64,000 nt of DNA, taken from positions 1-64,000 of the forward strand of contig CDMY01000380.1 in assembly GCA_001179505.1 (NCBI GenBank), in the 5' to 3' direction. Within the stretch, counting starts at the first letter, position 1. Every line of letters begins with the position of its first letter. Shown here one piece after another: positions 36,583 through 49,890 of this stretch. A program made the position numbers and the translations under genes. The notes beneath the pieces are model-generated. The model saw only the letters and a list, made by a program, of their open reading frames with translations. It did not search any database and was not told where the DNA came from. This DNA is from Vitrella brassicaformis CCMP3155 (lineage: Eukaryota; Protista; Chromerida).

Positions 36583-38137
36583 ATGTGTGGATGGATGCAT
36601 GGATGGACCTGTCATTGATTGTTTTTCAGCCATCAGTCATCGAGTAAGCCATAAAGACAGCCGGGAGGTAAGAAGGCATCGGTACGTCGGCGGGTGGGGG
36701 AGGGTCGAGTAGTTGTAGCATTGCATTGACATGATGCGAAGTGGACATCTCGATGTGTGTCGTCGCGAGTCCCGTCTATCCCTTCGACAAGGTGCGTACG
36801 AACGAGAAGGAAGAGCAGACAGGAGGACGTATACATGGAATGAATGGATGTGTATCGACCGTCTGGAATGAATGGATGTGATGCGACCTGTATGTGGGTT
36901 TGCCCGCATTCCCGTGACCACCGCCTCCGCGTGTGTGTGCAGCCGAGATGTGTGTTCATGAATGTTTGCACAAAGTGTTTGTCTTGCTCGTGCCCATGTG
37001 TATTTCGATGGATGTGTTGCGTGACCGTCGATGGGTGCGTGCGACTGACTGTCTGCCTGTCTTCCTGTCTGCCTGGATGGATGATTGGATGGATGGATGG
37101 ATGGATGTGTGTATGGATGTTTGTTTGTTTGTTTTCTGTGTTGTGTGTTTTAGCTTTTCTTTGCTTGTTTTGTTTTGTTTTTTTTTTTCCTTCTTTCTCT
37201 GTATGCTGTTTCTGAAACGGATTTCTGCGCGCGTTCTAATGGAAGGTCTCACATGGGTGTCATGTCCGTGATTTTGCAATGGGAAGTGCGGGAATCACCT
37301 TGCCAATCTGCAATGACACGGCGTTGCTCACACGAGTGCGTGTTCGGAACTTAGATTTCCGTCTTTTAAGCAAATTCGTGTGCGAAAAATTCTCTGCTCT
37401 TGCACTAGTCTTACAATGGTGCGCCGGCTTGTCGTGTTGACTCGCGCAAGGCGCTCATACAGGCGGGACGCGTTCTCGGCGCCCCCTCCCCCCCAAAACG
37501 GGGCTCCAACCCGTGGAAGCCTCCGCAATACAATTAAATACGTGTGCAGAAAAATATTTAACAAAAGTTCCAACAACAAGGAACACAACTTAAAAGCCGC
37601 CAAAAATGAAAGGAGAAATTTTTGAAATATTGGGGTTTCCGCGTTCGATGCGAGCTAAGCTCGCTGTCTGTTTTTTTGAATGTAAGGGATAAATGTTCTT
37701 CTCGCAAACCAATGTCCTCCAAACATCAAACTGGATAACACTCGTTTGTATGGTCGACACAGTCCATTTGCCTTCACACTTACACACCGCACGCACACAG
37801 AAGACAGACATAAGATTACAGACAACAGATAGAGACATGCATACACAATTCATACAGACAAACAGCCAGACAGGGAGTCAACTTGCATTAACCGTAACAC
37901 TCGTCTGTGTGTCCGTGATACTCATACAAATACAGTCCCATGAGCACGCAGAGTCAAACACTCCAGGGGAGGAGGGATCAATCCCCGCCCCATCAGCACA
38001 CCCCAGTCCCGCAAACCCTCCCTCCCTCCCCCACGCAGACAGAAGCTAGTCGCACGCGCGAGGGCGATAGACAAGCGAGAGCGAATCCATCCAGACACAT
38101 GACTGAATCCCCGAGCCTTCCACTCCTCCTTCTCCAA

Positions 38138-39101
38138 AATTCGTTATCATGCGAAACGGACTTTTTCTCAGGTGAAAACAGACTTCAGGCGTGCACTCCT
38201 GTGATCTCTCTGCTCCTCTCTAGAGGTCTCACACATCAGTGTAATGATAGTATTCTGCAATGGGACGGGCCGCTGGATAAGGCATGAACGAACGAATCAC
38301 TCTGTCAACCTTGCATTCTCGACTCACACGAGCGTGTGCTTGCATGTCAGTCAAGCAATAAATCAATCAATCATGGGTCATTGTCATTCATTGATTCATT
38401 CAGTGAATCACTGCATCACTACAGACAACTCCCTCGGTTGCTTCGCTTGGGAGACGGCCGTGATCCTGGCCTGACTGGCCACGAGGTGGCTGGCCATGGG
38501 TGGTTCACATCACCCATACATGGTCAATATAGCCGGCCACCCTATATAGAAACACCCACCACCCTTCCGGTCGGCTCTTCCGGCGGTAGAGCCGACCGGG
38601 GAGTCCCCTAGGTGGACACTGATGATGGAGACTCTATACTGTACATATGTATGGTTGGGACTCCCAGGTCGGCTCTACCGCCGGAAGAGCCGACCGGAAG
38701 GGTGGTGGGTGTTTCTATATAGGGTGGCCGGCTATATTGACCATGTATGGGTGATGTGAACCACCCATGGCCAGCCACCTCGTGGCCAGTCAGGCCAAGA
38801 TCACGGCCGTCTCCCAAGCGAAGCAACCGAGGGAGTTGTCTGTAGTGATGCAGTGATTCACTGAATCAATGAATGGAATCAATTCATTGATTGACTGACA
38901 TGCAAGCAAGCACACACTTATGTGTCTCGACTGATGGAATGGCAAAGTGTTTTGTGCTCGCGTCTTTTCTTCGCACAAGCACTTCACTGCAAATGCGTCG
39001 CATTCGGATCAAGAGGGCCTGTAAGGGCTCAAGGCTTGCCTGACGCTGGCAAGAAGTCTGTTTTATCATGAGAAAAAGTCCATTGCACGTGATAAGGAAT
39101 T
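38138..39101. mobile_element. MITE copy B (inverted relative to A) containing a roughly 210-bp-arm palindrome
   Basis: It has the same TIRs and AATT ends as copy A. The arms at about 38397-38607 and 38657-38868 are near-perfect reverse complements. Confidence 0.85.
38464..38611 (+). mobile_element. 148-bp mini-Helitron-like insert (5' TC, GC hairpin, 3' CTAG)
   Basis: It starts at gtgA|TC, where copy A has gtgA|T. A 12-bp stem lies at 38567-38599 and CTAG at 38608-38611. The next base is G rather than the canonical T. Confidence 0.55.
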
Positions 39102-39380
39102 CCAAGTGTATGGATGGATACATGGATGAGAATCGATGGGTTCGTATGGGAAGAAGACGTTGATGAGGGCGCCCTTGCGTGATGTGATGCATGCTGTCTG
39201 TCAATGCCATGGTCAAGAAATGGCCATCTCTCCTGTTCGCTAGATAAAGGAGACACTGTATGGCCCTTCAGGATTCTTTTCCGCCTGTGCTCTTTGTTAC
39301 CATGACGAAGGACAGCGGACCACAAGTGAGGGAGGCAGGGTGCGAAAAGGAATACAAAGGTCAACAATGGGTGTTTGTCA

Positions 39381-39570
39381 CTTCGAGGAGGCCAAGCAGG
39401 AGGCCATCGCACACCGGCAGGCCATGGAGAGGCTGCACTACACATTTGTCGACAAGGGGGCAGAGTCTGAGCAGCCCGCTGTAGACGATGAGGAGGGGAG
39501 TGAGGAAGAAGAGGAGGAGGGGAGTGAGTGAGGGTTGTTTATTGTAGCCCATGATGGTGTTAGAGTGTAT
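39381..39570 (+). mobile_element. AP2 element copy 3 (3' fragment)
   Basis: FEEAKQEAIAHRQAMERLHYTFVDKGAESEQPAVDDEEGSEEEEEEGSE* followed by the tail gagtgagggttgtttattgtagcccatgatg. Confidence 0.75.
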
Positions 39571-39679
39571 AGTTACAACGACGAATATCATTTCCTTGGC
39601 GTGCTACTATTTGACAGAACGTCGGAGGTTCTTGTTCGTTTATGCACATGAACGAACGACGACTACAAAGATCCCTCAC

Positions 39680-41044
39680 TCACTCGTCCCCCTCCAACAA
39701 CGATTGATCCAACAATGAGCCCGTTCTCTCTATCACTATCTCGCGTCAAAAGACACTTGAAATCCTCCTTTGTCTGATTCCGAGAACGCATTTCCATCCA
39801 AGCTGCGGCCACAGCAAGATAGTGGCTCACATTCTTACCTCACATGACTTACCTCCGCATCTTCCAGCCGACCTGATGATTCATAAAAAAGATGCATTGT
39901 TTGTGCGTCACATGGCATACCCAGGGCAGTCGTCAAGAATAAGGATATTTCTCGGAGACGCCATTTCCCTGAAGTTTAGCAGATCTTGAATCGCAGTCTT
40001 GAGCAGGCGACCTGTAGAACATTGAACAGATTTAGATCACCACACTCGTGTGGTCAGGGGAGTTGCTCACCTCCATCGACAAGCATCAGGTCGCATCCGA
40101 CATGTGGTTCTTGAGCATGGAATTTCGGAAGCGTTATTCGAGAGTTTCCACAGATGAGCGAAAAACGCCCGCCGTAACGCCTTGAAAAGAGTTGTGCCAC
40201 CTTGGCTACGTACTCGTGCTTGCACAGATCAAAAGAGATTACCCTGGCTTTCGGGTTACTGTTCAGCCTGACAGATACCAAAGCCAAAGCGCCAAAGCCT
40301 ATCGATACCCGTCAAAGTGCTTGCACATGATGAAGCTGGAATGGCCGCCGTTGAAGCCTACGTCCGCAAGCGGCTTGCATCAGTGAATCAAATTACGTGT
40401 GTACGTACCGGTCTCACAAATCGTATTCACAGACGAAATCGATGCGAAGTTCATGTACCTGTGCGCAGCTCAATCCAAGGCTGGTTTGTTGGCTGTGACC
40501 CTCGTGGCTCACATCTTAACTTGCGGCGCATGTGTATAAGTTCCACCTGAAGGCAACAATTTCACACCTGTTGTGTAGCTGTTGCAACACCCCTCTTACC
40601 TTCAATGGGGCCCGAGTCCGCGAGAATGCGCTTCATTTCGCCGTAGACCTTCACCATATTTGCATGCAAGAGGTTTGATGTGGTAAAGGATAAACACAAG
40701 TGGCACGTTACCTCACGATCTAACGAGGTTAACAGAGCGTCAACCGGTGGTACGTCGCCCTCGACAAACTTTGCGCAAAGCGGTAGCGGTAGACTTTTGT
40801 TCGAAGTCTGCGCCCTTGTTCAGTCGTGCAAAGGGAAAAGGCATGCATGGCAGCAGAGCCCTCGGATCAGAGGGGCGACGAATACCTGTGTCGTTTCTGG
40901 GAAGCGCTGGGGACGTAAGGGAGCTGCTTCCAGAATAACAGCGCGTCGTGGTTCAACGGTGGACGCAGTCGAATGGCTCAGATGAATGGCAGCGGGAGAA
41001 AGAAGTCTTCCAAGGAGGACAGCAACACAAATCAAGAACACCAT
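39680..41044 (-). CDS. Class I SAM methyltransferase (Methyltransf_24-like) with signal peptide, multi-exon
   Basis: The spliced motifs are ICETGFNGGHS, VISFDLCKH, LICGNSRITLP, CDLMLVDGGR, QDLLNF and ILILDD. The N-terminus is MVFLICVAVLLG. Confidence 0.75.
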
Positions 41045-41139
41045 CTAGATTGGGTCACTGAGAAAAGCCTCGCCTGACGTAAATTTCCATCCGGAACGTA
41101 CAGTCATCGGCACCACCTTTCCACGCGAGAGAACTCAGT

Positions 41140-41510
41140 GGTGCAAGACACACATCATGGGAAACGCCCTGCTCTTTGTCCTGCCACCCTCCTGCCATAT
41201 GGCCCGCCTGTGCCTGCTCTTGTCGTAGCTGATGCCCTTGACGCCGCTCCGCCGCTCACACCTTTTCACATACACCCTCCCGCTACGCTTCATCTCGACA
41301 CGGTGCGGCTCAGCCAACGCCTGACATACACACACATACATACAGGTGCATCATGACGCTGACAAGAGAGAGCATGAAGCGCGTTTTCACTTCAGTGGTT
41401 ACCTTGGCCTCGTCGAAGCCGTGCTCCTCGACGAGGAAGTACTCGTGCTTCTGCTCGCCGCCCTCATACCATGAAGCCACCAGGACTCCGACTCCTCGTG
41501 CCACGACACA
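41140..41510 (-). mobile_element. AP2 element copy 4 (internal fragment)
   Basis: WVASWYEGGEQKHEYFLVEEHGFDEAK, the conserved gtaaccac...atgtcag intron, then ALAEPHRVEMKRSG...SGVKGISYDK. Confidence 0.75.
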
Positions 41511-42321
41511 TATGAGACTGTGCTGCGGGCAACAAATATACACAGTTTGATTTTTGTCGCTTGAGGTCGAGTCAGGTTGCAACTTGCAACTTGTGAGGTT
41601 GAGTACGTATTTCAGAAGGGCTGGACAAGAAGAGATGCTAGAGGGCGGGGGAGAAGCATCTCTACTGTCACGTGCACTCCACTCACGTTACCTTACTCTT
41701 TACTGCCTGTGTCCTGGATCCTCATCATCAGGGAAACCAACAAGCTTTGTCCCGACACTGGGAACAGTCTCCGCGCCTGGCGGTATTCGACGAGCTACTC
41801 TGGCGTCCGTTCTCTCAATCTCGTCTGTCAGGACCCAGCGGTTTGTACAAAGTTGCCTGTTGTCCCTTTTCAGAATGTCCTGTAGGAAGGTGCTATGGTA
41901 AGGACATGGTCTCCCCACTCGATTCATATATCATATCGATATTCATAGCAAAGCAGGCAAAAGGGAGAAATCGTTTTGTCCCCCCGCTCATTCATTCACT
42001 CATTCATTCACTTCCTGGCTATTCTCGAGTCTGTTTCAATGAGGAGTCTGTTTCTCGTGAGAATGTGTTTCAGATGGACGAATGGATTAATGCATGTTTG
42101 TTTCTTTCTTACAGCTCACCATCACTCTGAGTGGGCAAGCAAAACACCTAGCAGTGTGACTTGTCTAACTTTTACACACAAAATCGATGGCCCCCCTCCC
42201 CTCCCTCCTCTTCCTCACCCTCTTCGAGAACAATGAAGTTGAACAGATATTCCTACGGGCCCTAGCCCAGATCGTGAGCATGATGGGATGATGCATAGAT
42301 ATCCTACCCCAGAGCACTCAC

Positions 42322-43227
<906 letters not shown>

Positions 43228-43419
43228 GCTTGGACAGGAATGACGTTGTTTCATACAGGATGTTCTTTCTCTTGCTTTCAGTACATGCTGGCGCTCGCTC
43301 ATTGCTAAATGAAGCGAGTACTGTAGAAGCTCTACAGTCCAATGTTGATGATTAATTTCTGCTTTCTGCAGGTCCTGCAGAGCCGGCATCGCGATGTATT
43401 TCTTGTTGACATGAGATCG

Positions 43420-44375
43420 AGTGTGTGCACAAGACCAGTATATCAACAGCGATAATGTAGTAGTGTCTCTGTACAACCTATCCAACCAATCTATCAACAT
43501 CATGGGCTGCCCTCACTCTCCCCTCCTCTTCTTCCTCTTGGGACGCTCCTCCTCACTATCATCTACGGCGGGCTGCTCTGCTGCTACCCTTGCCGACAAA
43601 CGTGTAGTGCCTTGACTCCATGGCCCGCCGGTGTGCGATGGCCATCTGCTTGGCCTTCTCGAAGCCAAGCTCCTTGATGGAGNNNNNNNNNNNNNNNNNN
43701 NNNNNNNNNNNNNNNNNNNNNNNNNNNNNNNNNNNNNNNNNNNNNNNNNNNNNNNNNNNNNNNNNNNNNNNNNNNNNNNNNNNNNNNNNNNNNNNNNNNN
43801 NNNNNNNNNNNNNNNNNNNNNNNNNNNNNNNNNNNNNNNNNNNNNNNNNNNNNNNNNNNNNNNNNNNNNNNNNNNNNNNNNNNNNNNNNNNNNNNNNNNN
43901 NNNNNNNNNNNNNNNNNNNNNNNNNNNNNNNNNNNNNNNNNNNNNNNNNNNNNNNNNNNNNNNNNNNNNNNNNNNNNNNNNNCCCGCTACGCTCCATCTC
44001 GAGACGGTGCTCCTCAGCCCTCGCCTGACATACACATACATACATACAGGTGCAACATGCATGGCTGACATAACAGCATGAAGTTCAGCCGATTGAGTGG
44101 ATACCTTGGCATTGTCGCCGTGCTCCTTGACGTAGGTCTTGTACTTATGCCTGCCGTCAGCCTTCTCCCACCAGGAAGCCACCCAGGCCTGGGTATTCTC
44201 GTTCCGGAAACACCCGGCACATCAGACTGGTGTGCTGCAGCAAACACACACACACACACAAGAACAGGTGTTGCCTTTCTGTCCCACTCATTTGCTCACC
44301 CGCGATACTGACGACAGTCTTCCTTCTCTTGTCGGTGGTCTCGCGGCGGTGGCCAGCTGGGAGTCGTCCCAATCG
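43420..44375 (-). mobile_element. AP2 element copy 5 (spans an assembly gap) with 3' tail
   Basis: RRETTDKRRKT exon, WVASWWEKADGRHKYK and the conserved introns. The 3' part differs from 5583-5711 at one position in about 130 nt. Confidence 0.8.
43683..43982. other. Assembly gap (300 N)
   Basis: Run of N. Confidence 1.
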
Positions 44376-44599
44376 CCCGTAGTACTATCATGTTGAAACA
44401 CAACAGACAGAGAAGATGCCCTTCACATTTGTGTTTTCTCGTGCCATGTTTGCATTCACCCCACCTCCGTGCGCCACTTGAGAAACCCCTCCTCTCCGTG
44501 CAAACGCATCATGCGCAAATGGAACTCCTGCATCGCCCTCTGGGACCTCTGTAAAACAAACACGAAGTGACCGAAAAACAAAAGGCGTGGCATGTCAAT

Positions 44600-45690
44600 T
44601 TCTCACCGCGCTGCACAATGCGCGATAGGCCGCGTCGGATATCAACGGGCGTCCATCCCTGTGAAAAAAGATATTGCATAAGTGCCGTGTATATGTGGCC
44701 TGCGTGGCTCCTCTCTCACCCCTGCACACGTGGCTGCACGTAGAGGTAGTAGAAGTCAGATATCGCCATCCTTGCACACCTCTCGATCAGCTCCCGCTGG
44801 CGCGACATCTCCTCCTTCAGCCACCTCACGAGATTGACCGCATACTGCGACACATAATGCAGGAAGTCAGCGCAGGGAATGTCATGCGCAATGCGTACCG
44901 AGAGCTGGTGGGACCTGACGAAGCGATCAAGCTCAGCCCAGGTGTAGATCCTGTCGTTGACAGCCGAGATGAAACGAATCAATTCCTGCACACAAAACAT
45001 GGAGAGACTCATACACATCGACATGTCATTTCGCCTCTGCACCTGCTCGTGGATGCCACCGCCTGCTGAGGTGTTTCTCACATGTTCTTGGCAAGCAAAC
45101 TTATAACTCCTACAGCTTGTCGGGTGCTTACTGTGTGCATGTGTGTTGTCCGCCCACCCCAACATTTGCCCATTTCGCTTGCTAGCGTTCGGTGCGAACG
45201 AACTTACGGAGTGCCAGGCAAACGGACTGTCGGACTTTTGTGCTATGTTATCGAACTCATTTGAACGACGCATGAAGATGCATTCACGTAACACATGAAT
45301 GCAGTCAGCACAGGGCTAATTTCTTAGTAGAATGTGTTGCGACCTACTACCGACACAGATGGGCTTTGATTAGATGGCGGTGTTGTGTACCGGTAAGTAA
45401 GGAGTGTGGTCGGACCCTCTGTCTCCAACCACAACAGATACAGGTTATACCACTGACACAGGCACACAGACAGAGATCCAGCATGACAGGGAGGTCGATA
45501 CTCACCGTGTGTCTGCTACCGACCGTCACGTGCACGAAATGGGATGAGCACCTCAAAACACCACACGAGTGTAGGTAGTGAGTAGGTACGAGTGCCAGTG
45601 TGTTGTTGTACCTCATAGACGGGTATGGTGCATCTCGGGCCGTAAAAGTGGCCCATGAGACGGCATGACATCCATGACCATGCAGCATCC
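44600..45690 (-). CDS. Probable multi-exon hypothetical protein (boundaries uncertain)
   Basis: A splice-bounded exon reads ELIRFISAVNDRIYTWAELDRFVRSHQ...ISDFYYLYVQPRVQ, with flanking exon-like blocks. The family was not recognised. Confidence 0.4.
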
Positions 45691-46608
45691 ATTGTATGTA
45701 CGTGCATTGTTGGTCTGTTATATACGGACAGGTGTTTGTTCGCTACTAAAAACGATGGGCTGACAGGCAGTCCTACCTAACCATGTCGGTCAGTTATGTT
45801 TGTTTCCCTGACACTCTGTACTGCCAGTGCTGCAGGGTGGTGGACAAGAAGATATACCGCTGCGCTGATGAAGGGAGGGAGATGCCAGCATCTCATGACT
45901 GACTGGACAGCTTGAGGCCACTGCGAGTGGGGGGGAACTAGGAAGATCGAGGCGAGTATCCGGAGTGAATTGAAGGCAGTGGGTACGACCGCCCCAAATG
46001 TGCCGAAAAATATTTGAAAATCGGCAAACCACCAGAGGAAATGATGGCCGTTATTTGTACTGTGACCAGCTGCATGCACGTGTGGTGTGACGTGTGGGAC
46101 TCATGACCTCTGTGTGTGTGGCTCAGTGACGGATATTCTCACGGATATTCTCTTCACTCACATCGGATCTGGCATGTGTAAACAGCTCGAAAAAGGGGAA
46201 ATACACGAGGAATTCAGGCCAAGTCCGTTGCTTTTTGTCATGGGAAAGGCCCCCCTTGGTTTCGACCCCTTTCAAATATCCACCGCCTTGTTTAAGATGT
46301 CACGGACCCATGAAAATTCGGGGGGTGGCGCTTCCGAAACATGTAAACGTAGTGTAAATGTCGCTCTTTCCCAAGTCTAGGCGGCTTTAGGGGTGTGTTT
46401 GGGTCTCATTCCTGATGCCTTCATGGCTCGTGACCCTTATGCGCCAAGGTGATTTTTTGCGTTAGAATTTGACAGGGTCCTTTCACCTTTTACTCACACT
46501 TTCGTTTACTCACCTTTCATTTCCTTGTTTATCGGCGGACTTATTTCGGAATTCGAACCTAGGAAGTATCGGCGGGCTGAGCGCTCCGCGCTGACGCTGA
46601 CCGACGGC

Positions 46609-48094
46609 ATGCTGCTGGAGCCCTTCTCAATCACCGACCCCACCGTCTACTCAACAGGCGGTGCCCTCTTCGCCTGCGGAGTGCTGGCGTCGGCCGCCGG
46701 CATGGGCGGCGGGTGAGACAAAGACAAAGACAAACATGCCGCGTGCAGTGCCACTCCATCTCACTGGTGCCATGTGTTGTATGCAGTGCCTTTTATGTGA
46801 CGATACTCATGTTTGTCGGGGGCATAACGCCGCACGACGCCGTGCCGATATCCAAGGTGAATGATTAAGGAAGGAAGGAGGTCGGCCCGACGTCTCCAGC
46901 TGCTGGGCGTGTGGCCTTGCTTTCTTTCAGGGGGTCATCTTTCTGGGATCTCTGACGGCACTGTCGTACAATGTGCTCAAGAGACATCCTGTGGAAGGGG
47001 GCTCGATCATCGACATGGTGCGCGAGAGGACGATTCACCCGCTCTGCAGTGTATTTGTTGGTGGCCTTGACTTGGATCTGCATGCAGAAGTTGGTGCAGA
47101 TGACCGTCCCTTTGGCACTCGGCGGCACCATGTTCGGTGTCCTGCTTCTCAACCTCACTCCCGCGTACCTGCTCACGGGCATTCTGGCCGCCATTGTCAC
47201 GTTCGTGACATTCAAGACATTCAGAGGAGCCCTCAACGCCCACATGCAAGAGAAGATGTCTTCCCTTTCCAGCAAGGACGAGGCAGAGGACAGCAGGCGC
47301 TACACGGTCCCGCATTTCAATCGAGACGAGCTCGAGGAGAGAAACAGTCTGAGCTCGCCCCTGCTCGGCCATGGCCCTCTCGACTCTGCTCTGCAGTCGT
47401 CTCGTGTCATTGTGGACTGCCTCCTTATGAGCCTTCTACTGGTGGCTGTCATTCTGCTGGGCTACAGTTCGCGTCAGTATCCCCACTCCCGACACGCCGC
47501 GAAAATTAGAGGAGGAATGTGCTTTGCGGCCTTTCTGCTGTCTGTGTGGCTGCACGGGTACTTTGTGGTGAAGATATTGAAAGAGGGAGGCGAGGATTGG
47601 ACGCTCCCTCGCTGCTGCATCTACGGGCTAGTGGCTTTCGTTGCCGGCATCTTTTCGGGGCTCGTCGGCATCGGGTAAGCCACTCAGCGAGTGACGGGCC
47701 GCCACCGCTTCATGTCTCACCATCCATGTCGATTAGCGCTGGGATTATCTTTTCTCCCTTCTTCCTGCTAATGCATGTCGAGCCCCTGTCAGCAGTGGCG
47801 TCGGCGGCCACCTGCGTGCTCTTCACCAGCACCTCCACCACAGCCCAGTACGCCCTTATGGGGCGGATACCCTTCGATCGCGCGGTTGTCTACGGCATCG
47901 TGGCGGCCGCGTCGTCTTCTCTCGGTGTGCGGTGGGCGGCATCGCTGACGAGACACAGACGGCGGTCGTACTTGATCTTCATTGTGGCGATTGCGAGCGG
48001 CCTGATGGCGGTCCTGCTGGTGGTCAAGGTGGTGATTGATGTCGCCCCGGGGGTTGATTGGGGTGATTGGGGGTTAGAAGACGCTATGAAATAG
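46609..48094 (+). CDS. TauE/SafE-family (sulfite exporter-like) membrane protein
   Basis: LASAAGMGGG.AFYV, AVPISK, KRHP...IIDM, LGGTMFGV, FSGLVGIG(A)GIIFSP and ASAATCVLFTSTST, with many transmembrane stretches. Confidence 0.85.
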
Positions 48095-48403
48095 CGCTTA
48101 CTGGATGCTGATTGACCTGTCGATGAGACAATCAAAATTGAATGACGACAAGCACACGAATCAAGTCGACCTGATGTCACGTGCACCGCACCTAGTCAAC
48201 GGAGGTAGGAGTCGATGGCGCACTGCCACACACGCACGAATCCAAAAACACGCAGATGTACACGTCTCAAAGCGAGGCAATGTCAGTTGTATCCCTTTAC
48301 CCGTTCTTCCCCGAGCAGCCCCCTCGTACAGAACGCGTACAAACGGTCAATGATGTGAATGCGAGTATATCAACAGCGATAATGTAATGTCTCTGTACAA
48401 CCC

Positions 48404-48869
48404 ACAAGACACGCTTAACGGACCTCCGTTGCTGGCAATATACACCCCATTGCCGTCGGTGACCTCCATTGCTGGCAACGGACCTTNNNNNNNNNNNNNN
48501 NNNNNNNNNNNNNNNNNNNNNNNNNNNNNNNNNNNNNNNNNNNNNNNNNNNNNNNNNNNNNNNNNNNNNNNNNNNNNNNNNNNNNNNNNNNNNNNNNNNN
48601 NNNNNNNNNNNNNNNNNNNNNNNNNNNNNNNNNNNNNNNNNNNNNNNNNNNNNNNNNNNNNNNNNNNNNNNNNNNNNNNNNNNNNNNNNNNNNNNNNNNN
48701 NNNNNNNNNNNNNNNNNNNNNNNNNNNNNNNNNNNNNNNNNNNNNNNNNNNNNNNNNNNNNNNNNNNNNNNNNNNNNNNNNNNNNNAAGGTCCGTTGCCA
48801 GCAATGGAGGTCACCGACGGCAATGGGGTGTATATTGCCAGCAACGGAGGTCCGTTAAGCGTGTCTTGT
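48404..48869. mobile_element. Exact 83-bp inverted repeats flanking a gap, interrupting an AP2-element tail
   Basis: 48404-48486 is the exact reverse complement of 48787-48869. The tail consensus gtacaacc|tatcaagcc is split at this point. Confidence 0.55.
48487..48786. other. Assembly gap (300 N)
   Basis: Run of N. Confidence 1.
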
Positions 48870-48871
48870 AT

Positions 48872-49345
48872 CAAGCCAATCTATCAACATCATGGGCTAC
48901 AGCCAACAACCCTCACTCACTCCCTCTTCCTCTTCTTCTTCTTCCTCCCAGCACTCAAAATCGCCAGACACAGCGCTTGGTTTGATCACTCCAGCGTACA
49001 CGCTGATGTCACCCTGTTTGCCGCCGCCCTCCACCTTCTCAGCCGAGCTACAATAGACAACCCTCCCTCACTCTCCCCCATATCTGTACAATCTGTCAAG
49101 CCAATCTATCAACATCATGGGCTACAGCCAACAACCCTCACTCACTCCCTCTTCCTCTTCTTCTTCTTCCTCCCAGCACTCAAATTCGCCAGACACAGCG
49201 CTTGGTTTGATCACTCCAGCGTACACGCTGATGTCACCCTGTTTGCCGCCGCCCTCCACCTTCTCAGCCGAGCTACAATAGACAACCCTCCCTCACTCTC
49301 CCCCATATCTGTACAATCTGTCAAGCCAATGTATCAACATGATGA
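48872..49345 (-). repeat. 225-bp tandem repeat (2 full units plus the start of a third)
   Basis: Units start with caagccaat at 48872, 49097 and 49322. Each unit is an AP2 tail plus an unrelated core. Confidence 0.9.
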
Positions 49346-49890
49346 GCTACAATAGACAACCCTCCATCACTCTCCCCTCCTCCTCCTCTTCTTCCTTGGG
49401 CGCTCCTCTACGGGCATCTCAACGCCCCCCCTGTCAAATCGATAGTGCAGCCTCTCCATGGCCCGCCGGTGTGCGATGGCCATCTGCTTGGCCTCCTCGT
49501 CGCCGCCCTCCTTCCACTTGGCCCGCCAACTGTTGGTGCTCTTGTCGTAGGTGACGCCCCTGACGCCGCACTGGTGCTCAGCCGGCTTCTGCACAGCCGC
49601 TCGCCCGGTGGCCACCATCTCGAGACGGTGCTCCTCAGCCAACGCCTGACATACATACATACATACAGGTGCAACATGAGGCTGACATAACAGCATGAAG
49701 TTCAGCCGATTAAGTGGTTACCTTGGCCTTGTCGCCGTGCTCCTTGACGTAGAAGGTCTTGTGCTTATGCCTGCCGTCAGCCTTCTCCCACCAGGAAGCC
49801 ACCCAGGCCTGGGTATTCTCGTTCCAGGAAACACCCGGCACACCAGACTGGTGTGCTGCAGCAAACACACACACACACGAGAACACAGGT
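49339..49890 (-). mobile_element. AP2 element copy 6 (deletion in the second AP2 domain)
   Basis: HQSGVPGVSWNENTQAWVASWWEKADGRHKHKTFYVKEHG, an intron, then HQCGVRGVTYDKSTNSWRAKWKEGG-DEEAKQMAIAHRRAME...RPRKKRRRRGE*. Confidence 0.8.

Noticed and set aside
13626-39659. Recurrent ATGAACGAACGA 12-mer (13626, 16005 on the reverse strand, 31185, 38284, 39648)
   Set aside because: It is (GAAC)n-like, and two copies belong to the same MITE, so it is not independent evidence of a motif.
43559-49355. Long ORFs containing X runs
   Set aside because: They are artefacts of translating through the two N gaps.
48872-49370. CRISPR-like repeat-spacer array
   Set aside because: The units are 225 bp with identical cores rather than unique spacers, the context is eukaryotic, and there are no cas genes.
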